From NCBI GenBank assembly GCA_043228905.1, contig JBHGNT010000005.1, positions 16,120,001-16,184,000 of the forward strand: 64,000 nucleotides of DNA, written 5' to 3'. A program made the position numbers and the translations under genes. The DNA comes from Azolla caroliniana. Its lineage: Eukaryota > Plantae > Polypodiophyta. Below, piece after piece: positions 38,758 to 49,300 of this stretch (position 1 is its first letter; each line of letters starts with the position of its first letter). Under the pieces are notes generated by a model. That model made no database searches and was not told where the DNA came from. It saw nothing but the letters and a program-made list of their open reading frames with translations.

Positions 38758-39502
38758 TGTTGGGAAACAGGTCCCTCCGGATGGGAAGGGAGAAGAACAA
38801 TGCCTATGAACGAACTCGTATGAGGAGTACTCGGCTACGGAGAGCCGGATAGTGTAGGCCCGGTATGAACCGGATGAGGAGTACCCGGCTACGGAGAGCC
38901 GGATGGTGCAGGCCCGGTATGAACCGGATGAGGAGTACCTGGCTACGGAGAGCCAGATGATACAGGCCCGGTATGAACCGGATGAGGAGTACTCGGCTAC
39001 GGAGAGCCGGATGGTGCAAGCCCGGTATGAACCGGATGAGGAGACATATTCGTAAATATGTTTCTGAGAGCCTATCGAGACTACATTTGTAAATAGCCGA
39101 AAAGTCATATTAGTATAAATATGACTTAGGGAAAACTTTTAGTTATAGTAGTTGTCATTATTCCTTGTTGGTGCAAGAAGAAGAGAGAGTGCGTAACTGT
39201 ACAGAGAGAGAAAGAGAGAGACGAGATCGTTGCCTCTGTTGTAACCGCTACCTGTGGCGAAGATTTGTGAGCACGAGGTCAGTGCCTCAGTGAACTCACT
39301 GTTGTATATTCCTACATAGTGACAGTTTGCAGCCTGTGGGCTGCCGTGGTTTTTTCCCCTAGTTTGGGGTTTTCCACGTAAACATTTTGTGTACCCTTTT
39401 CTCTCCTTTGTGTCACGTGCATTTCGTTTCCTGTTTTCTGTGTATGAAAAGAATCTCGGTTGCGGCCGAGCTTTGTGCATAAGGGGCGTTGGGTTCCCGT
39501 CA
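38758..39502 (+). repeat. 5' LTR of copia D, with a 54-bp tandem array (about 4 units)
   Basis: Unit GAGGAGTACCCGGCTACGGAGAGCCGGATGGTGCAGGCCCGGTATGAACCGGAT; partner LTR at 58534-59274. Confidence 0.95.
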
Positions 39503-40055
39503 AGTGGTATCAGAGCGAAATCGACACAGAAAATGGACGAATCATTTGGCGGCATGTTCAAGCTCACCGGCTCCAACTATTCAGTATGGAAGTCGAAGAT
39601 GAGGGACATGCTCGTTGTTAAAGACCTCTGGCTGCCGGTTCAGTTCGGGGACAAGAGACCGGACAAAATCGACGCCGCGATATGGGAGGTGATGCACATG
39701 AAGACAACGGCGTACATACGGTGCTTCATCAACATGAGCCTGTACAACAACTTCAATGAAGAGAGCAAGGCTCATGAGCTATGGGAGAAGATCGACATAA
39801 TGTTTCAAAACAGAAATGCTGTTAATCAGGTTTTGGTATTCCGGAAGCTAGTAAGACTCCGGTACCAAGATGGCTCCAGCATGGCGGAGCATATGAATGC
39901 CTTCCAGGGGCTGATACACCAGGCAATGTCATTGGAAGTACCTCCTGTTGATGAAGTACTAGCGCTACTCCTGCTCGGTTCCCTCCCGGATAGCTGGGAG
40001 ACGTTGGTCGTCACTTTGGGCAACGCCGGGCCGGAAGGAAAACGGTTATCCCTAG

Positions 40056-43000
40056 TGTGAAAGTGTTTTTTGGATTCAAACCATTGAACACTAGATGGAT
40101 ATAAAGTATGGATAATTCACATTTGGAGGATAAGAACACGAACTAAGACCTTAGGGAAGAAGTCAAAAGTAAAAGTACGAGACCAAGAGAAAAGTAAAAA
40201 GAGAAAACGCAGACTATAAAAAACAGTAAAAATAGAATGGTCATAACTCCCTCGTTGTTTATCCAAATATCACGTTTAAATATGGATTAGAAAGCTTGTA
40301 AAAAGAGCTTTCTATAGCTTTTTAAATCGCTTAATTTGGATATCGGATGAGGGAGATATGACGATTAGAAGGTCGATGTGTCATAGCAAAAAATAGGGAG
40401 ATAAAAAGCTTCTAAAAATAGCATGAACGTGGATAAGAAGAGAAAGGTTATAAAAGAAGAAGTGACATTAGTGAGGAGGGGGCTAAGAGTGAAGGCCAAA
40501 GAGTGGATGAGGAGTGTTAGGAAGAAGTGTCTTTGTGGAAGAGGAAGTGTCTTAGAAGAGGAAGGTCTTTGGTTTTAGTTCAATGTGGAGTTTGTCTCCT
40601 TTGTATTCTCTTGATGTTGGAATATCAGAACATTCTTATTTCTTGCTCGCTTTCTCTATCTTTTTTCTTAGTTTCTTGAGTTATACTCTCTAATCATAAT
40701 TACCTAGAGCTATATAATATATTATGATTTTCAACTCCATCTAATCGGTTTGGTCAAGCCCTCATATAGTGTATAACTATCTATTATCTTATACACCCTA
40801 TCATTTTGGCGCTCCAGGGAGGGTCGATCCTTTCCGTATAGGAAGAGAAGTTATCATTTAATTGTGTTACTATATTACATTAACTTAGCTATGCAATTTG
40901 CATTTTCGGGTGAAAGAACACAAGATGCTGGTGCCTTTTTGGCATGCTTTGAGCATCATGCCATATCTATTGGACGCATCACCGACAACGAAAAGTTGCC
41001 CTTGTTGGTAGCTACATTCTATGGTCGTGCTCGAGATTGGTATGACTCTCTTCCGCAAAATGAACAAGGAGAATATCAATTATTGGTGCATCAATTTCGT
41101 ACAAGATATATTCAATGGAAAAGTGCAACTGAGGTAAGGGAGGAGCTTTTTCAACTAAAGATGGAATCACCTTTTGGTTTTTTAGAGTATGAACGAAATT
41201 TCCAAGAATTGTGGACGACGTGGATTCGTCTTCGTGGTGGCACTGAAGACGAGTGGTTTAAAATGGAACGATTCAAGATGGGTCTTGATATGTATTTCCG
41301 TTTGGAAGCAAACTTGAAGGATCCCACATCGTTTCAAGCTCTTATCCAAGTTTGTCAAGCTTATGATCGACAAGTGAAGATGATGAGCTCCTTGGGGGAT
41401 CCCCAAATGACGGCTTTGGGTGCAAATTTGATGCCTCGTGCCAACTTTCAAGCCTCATCTTCAATTGTGCATGGGGGACAAGTGTTTCCAAATGTGTATA
41501 CCACCACAACAATAAACCCAACAAGTATATCCCAAGAAGTTGAACAAGTGAGGAGTGAACAAGATACCATGGCATTGGTAAATCGGCGCTTTGATGAAGT
41601 GATGACCCACTTGCGACAATCCCAAGCAATTCACAACACTATTCCCGATGGTGGTGGCTCTAGAGGGCATCACGGTGTAATTTGTTATTCTTGTCAAGAG
41701 GAGGGACACATCTCAACAAGATGTCCTCATCGACAACAAAGAGGCATGGGAAGAGGCATTTATCAAGTGCAAAGGAATGGACAACGACCTAACAACAATG
41801 AAGTCGAAGGAAATGTAACACTCCCTATGGCTCAGGTTCCTACAATTCCTCATAATGTGAATCTTCTTAATTTTATTGATGATAGTGATAATTCTTTTGA
41901 AGTAGCTCCTGTGAAAAGGACAAGGTCCTCGCAAAAGGAGAAAGAAGTTGAAGGAGAATCTAGTGCCTCAAGACAAAAGAAGAAGTCTAAGGAGAATGAG
42001 AAAGAGGAAAAATTGAGAAGGAGACACTCTAGAAGAAAGATCAAGATGGAGGACATTCCTATGGGTGAAGGTGTAGAAGCTTTCAATTTGAAGCATGAAT
42101 TGATATCGAGTGGACCAAGGATAACATGGCCGCAACTTCTCCAATTATCATCCACATTACAAAATGAGTGGGGGAGGCTTGTGAGTATTTGCCAAAGTCA
42201 AAAGACCGTGCATTACGTGGGGATCATGCGAGTAGAAGATCGAAAGGACATACGTCCAATCATCCCTGTCTCCATCAAAGGGGTTCACATCAAAGATGCC
42301 TTGGGTGATAGTGGTGCTAGGGTAAGCTTGATTTCTGAATTTGTAGTAAACAAAGTAGGAATTCCTATTAGTAGGTCATCTTCAACAAGGGTGGTTGTAG
42401 TAGATAGTGGAGTGGTGCATTGCACAAGCATAGTGGAGGATGTGTTCATCAAGTGTTTTGGAATAAGAGGAGAAGCTTGCAACAAATACCACATCAACTT
42501 GAAGGAAAGTGTATCAATTTCCCCAAAGCTTTGGCAATTGAGTGTTGAACAAAAGGAAGAATTTATGCAAGAGTTCAACGCATGGTTACAAGAAAGTTCC
42601 AATTATAAGATGGAAGATTTGAGGTGTGTGCCACCTATAGTTTTGGTTCCAAAGAAGAATGAGATCAATTTCAAACCCTTGAATGATTCGACCAAACGAG
42701 ATGAATTTTCACTTCCTTCTCGAGATGAGATTGTCGATAAAATGGTTGTTTATACAAAACAAGGTAGTGTGGACAATATGTTGTGCCAAAAAGGATTTCA
42801 TGTGGATGATTCAAAGATTAACATAATTACAAAGATGACAATTCCGACAAGTCTTGAAGCTTTGAAAGTATTTGTGCAAAAGGTGCGCTCGCTCGAAAGA
42901 TTCATTTATATGTTGACATGCTTACTGCTATCAAGAGTGATGTATCCCATGGCCCTACTAGTCTTTGGAGAGTTAACGAAGACATAATGATTGTGGTAAC

Positions 43001-43996
43001 CTCTTTCTTTGTGTTGACAAGGAGAAAGATGATGATGGAATTGTCAATGTGTGTGTGGGTGTGTCTAGGAGTGTGAGGTTTTTCCTACCGACTAGCGGGG
43101 GTTTTACTCACATAGTTTGTTTCTTTTTCTTCTCTCCTTCTTTGTCTATAGCCTACCATAAGGCGAAGGAGTTTTTTTTTATTCTTTTTATCTTCGGCTC
43201 ACCATAAATGGTTCGCTCAACAAGCAAGGGGGGGGGGGGGGAGCTAAATGTGAAAGTGTTTTTTGGATTCAAACCATTGAACACTAGATGGATATAAAGT
43301 ATGGATAATTCACATTTGGAGGATAAGAACACGAACTAAGACCTTAGGGAAGAAGTCAAAAGTAAAAGTACGAGACCAAGAGAAAAGTAAAAAGAGAAAA
43401 CGCAGACTATAAAAAACAGTAAAAATAGAATGGTCATAACTCCCTCGTTGTTTATCCAAATATCACGTTTAAATATGGATTAGAAAGCTTGTAAAAAGAG
43501 CTTTCTATAGCTTTTTAAATCGCTTAATTTGGATATCGGATGAGGGAGATATGACGATTAGAAGGTCGATGTGTCATAGCAAAAAATAGGGAGATAAAAA
43601 GCTTCTAAAAATAGCATGAACGTGGATAAGAAGAGAAAGGTTATAAAAGAAGAAGTGACATTAGTGAGGAGGGGGCTAAGAGTGAAGGCCAAAGAGTGGA
43701 TGAGGAGTGTTAGGAAGAAGTGTCTTTGTGGAAGAGGAAGTGTCTTAGAAGAGGAAGGTCTTTGGTTTTAGTTCAATGTGGAGTTTGTCTCCTTTGTATT
43801 CTCTTGATGTTGGAATATCAGAACATTCTTATTTCTTGCTCGCTTTCTCTATCTTTTTTCTTAGTTTCTTGAGTTATACTCTCTAATCATAATTACCTAG
43901 AGCTATATAATATATTATGATTTTCAACTCCATCTAATCGGTTTGGTCAAGCCCTCATATAGTGTATAACTATCTATTATCTTATACACCCTATCA
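40056..43996 (+). mobile_element. Very young non-autonomous gypsy-type LTR element 'E' (3.9 kb; gag-protease plus RT vestige)
   Basis: 748-bp LTRs at 40056-40803 and 43249-43996 with no difference seen by eye; TSD CCTAG at 40051-40055 and 43997-44001; PBS-like TGGCGCTCCAGG at about 40807; poly-G PPT at about 43226-43243. Confidence 0.96.
40891..42987 (+). CDS. Intact ORF of about 698 aa: retrotransposon Gag, CCHC knuckle, aspartic protease and truncated RT remnant
   Basis: FYGRARDWY (gag), CYSCQEEGHISTRC, ALGDSGARVSLI (PR), and RT-like PIVLVPKK, NFKPLNDSTKRDEFSLP and GFHVDDSKI; no YxDD, RNase H or integrase. Confidence 0.88.
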   Translation: MQFAFSGERTQDAGAFLACFEHHAISIGRITDNEKLPLLVATFYGRARDWYDSLPQNEQGEYQLLVHQFRTRYIQWKSATEVREELFQLKMESPFGFLEYERNFQELWTTWIRLRGGTEDEWFKMERFKMGLDMYFRLEANLKDPTSFQALIQVCQAYDRQVKMMSSLGDPQMTALGANLMPRANFQASSSIVHGGQVFPNVYTTTTINPTSISQEVEQVRSEQDTMALVNRRFDEVMTHLRQSQAIHNTIPDGGGSRGHHGVICYSCQEEGHISTRCPHRQQRGMGRGIYQVQRNGQRPNNNEVEGNVTLPMAQVPTIPHNVNLLNFIDDSDNSFEVAPVKRTRSSQKEKEVEGESSASRQKKKSKENEKEEKLRRRHSRRKIKMEDIPMGEGVEAFNLKHELISSGPRITWPQLLQLSSTLQNEWGRLVSICQSQKTVHYVGIMRVEDRKDIRPIIPVSIKGVHIKDALGDSGARVSLISEFVVNKVGIPISRSSSTRVVVVDSGVVHCTSIVEDVFIKCFGIRGEACNKYHINLKESVSISPKLWQLSVEQKEEFMQEFNAWLQESSNYKMEDLRCVPPIVLVPKKNEINFKPLNDSTKRDEFSLPSRDEIVDKMVVYTKQGSVDNMLCQKGFHVDDSKINIITKMTIPTSLEALKVFVQKVRSLERFIYMLTCLLLSRVMYPMALLVFGELTKT

Positions 43997-46304
43997 CCTA
44001 GCAAGAGTAAAGTTGAGCTTGCTAGATGAGGAGGTGTGTCGGAAAGACAAAGATACGAGCTCCGACTCCAAAGCGCTTCTTACTGAATCGGAACGCGGAA
44101 GACAGAGAAACCGTAGTCCCCAGAACCGGGAGAAGTCGGGGACACGGTCAAAGTCAAGGGGGAGGCCTACTTGCTTCTATTGCGGCAAGCTGGGACACTT
44201 CCAAAAGAACTGTCGGCATTTCCGTAAAGACAAGGAAACAGACAGTACAGATTCGAAGCAAACCCCGGACCGGAATGGTAAAGACCGGAACGGTAAAGAC
44301 CGGAGGGGGCCGGACCGGAAGGGAACGACGGCAATCGCGGCAAGTGAAGAAGAGTTGATGCTCATCACCGAGGAGTGTGAGATAAACCTTGCCGGTGACG
44401 AGATGACCTGGGTGGTAGACTCCGGAGCATCGTTCCACCTTACCCCGGACCGGAAATGCTTCTCATCCTACTCAGCCGGTGATCACGGCTGTGTCCGGAT
44501 GGGGAACGAAGGTACATGCCGAATTGTCGGCATAGGAGATGTGTGGCTGTCAACACCAACCGGATGCAAGTTACTGTTGAAGGATGTCCGACACGTTCCG
44601 GAAGTTCGTCTGAACCTGATATCAGCCGGTCGACTAGATGATGAAGGCTACACGGGTAGCATCCGGAACGGGGTCATGAAGTTCAGCAAAGGGAGCCTGA
44701 TTGTGGCTCGGGCCCGGAAGGTCAACATGTTGTACCTGATGAATGCTCGGTTATGCCCGGAAGAAGTGAACGTGGCATCCGACACTACCGGTGAGCTGTG
44801 GCACAAGAGGCTGTGTCATATGAGTGAGAAGGGGATGAAGAGGCTTGCAGACGACAACCTCATTCTAGTGAAGAACGTGCACTTAGAGAAGTGCACTGAT
44901 TGTCTGGCCGGTAAACAAAACCGGACCTCCTTCCGACCAAGGCCTCCGATGAGACGTAATGCACCACTGGAGTTGGTGCATACGGATGTGTGTCAGGTAG
45001 ACACGAAGTCACATGCCGGAGCGCAGTACTTCGTGACGTTCATAGATGACCACAACCGGAAGCTGTGGGCCACACCGTTGAAGACGAAGGATCAGGTGTT
45101 ATCCGTCTTCAAAGAGCTCCACGCGAGAGTGGAAAGAGAAACCGGCTAGAAGCTGAAGGCGATTCGAGCAGATAATGGAGGAGAATACCGGGGGCAGTTC
45201 GAGGAGTATTGCCACTCGAAGGGAATCCGGCTCAGTTTTACCGTGCCGAAGACGCCGGAACTAAACGGACTGGCCGAGAGGATGAACCGGACCATAATGG
45301 AAAGGGTCCGGAGTATGCTAGCACATGCAAAACTACCCAAGAAGTTTTGGGCTGAGGCACTGTCGACGGCGACATACGTGATAAATAGATCACCCTCAGT
45401 ACCCTTGGACGGAGACACACCACAGAGAGTGTGGACCGGTAAGGAAGTATCCTACCGGCATCTGAAGGTGTTCGGGTGTCTCGCTTACGTGCATGTAGCT
45501 AAGGACCAGAGAGGTAAGTTAGATCCAAAGACCCGGCCATGCATATTCCTCGGTTACGGTGACGATGAGTTCGGCTACCAAGTGTGGGACCCGGTCGACA
45601 AGAAGGTATTCTAGAGTCGAGATATTATCTTCATGGAGGACAAGACGCTCGCCGACTGGGAGTCGGAGAAGAAGATAATGAACTCTGAGTCGACCGGTAA
45701 GGATAGACTCTACGATGAGCAGACCCAACCGGCAAGAGACCGGTTAGCACTCGAGGAACCAGCCGGTTACGGTGAGGATACCGAACCGGCAGAAGAAGAA
45801 GTAGAGGAAGCTGTGTTACCGGCCGGCAAAGGAGTCCAGAGTGGGAAACAGAGAGCTAATTAAGTAGTAGGAATGTGGTTGTAATTAAGCTATGAGTGTG
45901 GACGGACGGACCGGAATCGGTATGCCGTTCCGGATCCGGACCGATCCCGAACAGGTGCGGTGCGGATGGCACCGTTTTGTAATACAGACCGGAAACCTAT
46001 TTAAAGGCACAGATACAATGTAATAGTTAGCGGTTAATTAATGAAAGCTTAAGCGTTGTTATATCTCTGTGTCAATTGTTGTTCTGTCTTAATTGTTATA
46101 TCTTACGCGTGTTATGAAGACGATCCTAATAAGTAACTTAACTAAGTCGGATTAAGCGTTGAAGTTTAATCCGGTTGCCGTAACACCCTTTGGTGAAGTG
46201 TGTCACGTAGACACCCTGTGTTAGGCCATTGTCCGGACCGAAGAGTTAACACAGTTTTTGGCGACCACGATTCTTGTTTTTGCAGCGAACGACGGCACGG
46301 ATGG

Positions 46305-49300
46305 ATGTCTAGATCAACGCACGACCTGGTTATAGATCGAACTCAACGCCTTGCCGAAAGGCAAAGGAGACGCGAGGCCTTCCAGCAAGCGGCATAGGAA
46401 ATTAGAGCGGATCGCTCGTTTTCCAACGTAATCCGGAGAGTAGCGGAGGACTCCCACTGGTTACAGCAAACATCGCACCCGGACGACGGCAGCAGCCTAA
46501 GCAGCCTCCAGGAAACCGAATCCCTTCTCCACGCGTTGGCAAACGGAGAAGGCGGAGCAGAGGCCTTTTCAGCATATGAATCGGACTCCGAAGGGGAATA
46601 CAGCGTGCACACGAACTACCGTAGCAGCAACAAAACCCCGGGCGGACCGGAGGACGAAGGATCGGATACCTTACCGACACCGGAACCGGAACCGGAAGTG
46701 CTAACGCTAGAACCCCCGGAACCAGCAGAAGAAGAACGACCTCCGACACCGGAAGTCGAGGAGGAGAGGCCTCCGTCACCAGCGGAAGAGAAACAACCGA
46801 CACCGGAATCAAATCGGGAAAGACCATCGACACCGGAGAAAATTCCGGAACGAGCACCAACACTACCAGCCCGCGCACCGATACTGGACGACGACATGCC
46901 GTTCCAGTACTCCAAGTATAGAGATGATCCGGACGCGGAAGCTCATGTGCACGCATTTGAACAGACATGGGAAGCCAACCATGTGTCCCAACGACTGACA
47001 CCGGAGGAAGAAGAACGCTCTAAGATAGCAGAGTTTGGCGTCACATTGGAGGGACCGGCAGCAAGATGGCACCGGACGCAGGACCCATCTACCATTAACA
47101 ACTTTACAGATTTAAAAGCTAAATTAATGCATTTTTTTCAAAAGGAGGTGGACCAGACCGTAATGGTAGGCTTATTTTATACTATCCGGCAAGAGGCAGG
47201 GGAGAGCCAATTTGTCATCCGGTTTCAACGGATGCATAGTCAGCTTACCCGTGCACCCCCGGAGGAGGAATTACGGACGATATTCCTAAACGCGCTCCGG
47301 GAACCCCTACACACGGTTTGCACGGTAATCGATTTCTGTACAAGTACCATCGACCAGGTCATTGACCGGGTGAAAGAGATGGAAAAGACAAGCTCCTGGC
47401 TCACACTGGGCGCACTTCAACGGGCGTTACCGTCCGATGAAGACCTCCGGTTTCGGCAAGCAATACAGTGCACATCCTGCTTGAATTCCGGACACTCGGC
47501 TCTAGAATGCACTATGAGGACGCAATGTGTAATCTGTCAGTCCAATAGCCATACGACGGATAGGTGTGAGTATAATCTGTTGACTCGGCAAGCACCGCCC
47601 GTCCGACAAATTGAGCCACGCAGCAGCCGGGATGAAGAAGACGAACACTAGCGGCGAATGGACCGTGACCGACCGGCACAGGATGTTCGGTATGGCGAGC
47701 GACGGGAAAATGATGTTCGGTACGGTGATCGGCGAGATAACTATGACCGGCATGATCGGCACCAGGATTACAATAGACGATACGAACAGTACGACCGGGA
47801 GCACTCCCCCGGGTATCGTCAGCAATGGGAGGAATACGGCCGATATAACGGGCAACCCCGTCAAGAGTACCGTAATAAGAAGAGCTTTAACAAAAAACGG
47901 CATTTTAAACAAGGCGGCTACCCCCGGGATCCGGAACAAGGCGCTCCAAGTAGCCAACCGGTACAAAACCCCGCGCGTACCGTAGGACCTGCCCCGGGTA
48001 CAACAGACAATGCCGAATCTAGCAATGCCCGGAAAGCCTACTGCTACTATTGCAGACAGGAAGGCCATTATAGTAACCAATGCCTGGTGAAGAGCTATGA
48101 AAAACGACCGGCGGTAAATATGGTAGTCCTTGAGGTGGCAGACCTGCAGCAGGTGACCACAAGATCGAAGGGCATGGCCAAAGAATGGGAGACACAGGAG
48201 ACCATCCGCAAACAAGCAACGGAATGGGTAAAGAAAGCAAACGAGTAGAATGTCACAGACTTACAGCAGCAAAAGGAGAACACCGCAGGGCTTGCCGGCG
48301 GTAGTCACTCCGAGAACGAGACATGGCAAGCGTTGCAAGAATGCCAGATTACGTTACCACTAGGAAGACTCCTACAACTCGTGCCTAGATTCACGGAAGG
48401 ACTGAAGACGGCCATGACGGTAGGAGAACCATCACCGGCACCGGCACTCTTCTCGAATCCGGAGGAGGGACCAACAGTGGTAGACACCAGCAGTCCGGTA
48501 ATCACTGCCATTGTAAAAGGGAAAGAACTCCCCGACACAGTTATAGACGGAGGCTCTGGGGTAAATGTAATAAGCCTCCAGACGTGTGAGGACCTAGGAA
48601 TCCACGAGTGGGAGCCGTGTCCGTTCTGGTTGCGGATGGCCGATACAAGCTCAGTGCGGCCGACAGGATTAATACGGAAATTAGAAGTCACCGTCGGCGT
48701 GCATACATTTCACATCTCGGCCGTAGTGCCACAATTACAGGCACAAGGCGCATACCCACTATTGCTGGGGCGGCCATGGTTGAAAACGGCACATATCAAA
48801 CAGAATTGGCGAAAAAATATAATTACCTTCCGGCGAGGAAAAGCTAAGGTACGGGTACCAACACAGCCAAGGACGAGCACTGGCAAGGAATGTACACCGT
48901 TGTATGCGGAATGCGTCAACATGCTCGAAGGGTTAGCGGACGAAGAAGAAGCTCAATACCTGCAGGAAAACCCGAAGATCATACCCCTCTTCAAAATTGA
49001 CATTGCCGAAGCCGTAGCACCGTACTTACCGCAACCGGAAGAGGCGGAAGTAGAACCGGATAAAGACGCAATCCGGGAGTTATGGCAAGCGCAGGAAGCG
49101 TTGGAACGGGATATGGCCGTTTCACAGCGCGTGAAAGCATCGCAATTGGAAGAGGTGAATTTAGGCACCACGGACGAAGCAAAACCGGTGCACATCGCCA
49201 AGGAGATGAAGTCCGGAGACAAAACGACGATGATAACACTTCTCACGGAATTTCGCGACGTATTCGCCTGGTCATACGAAGACATGCGAGGACTCGACCC

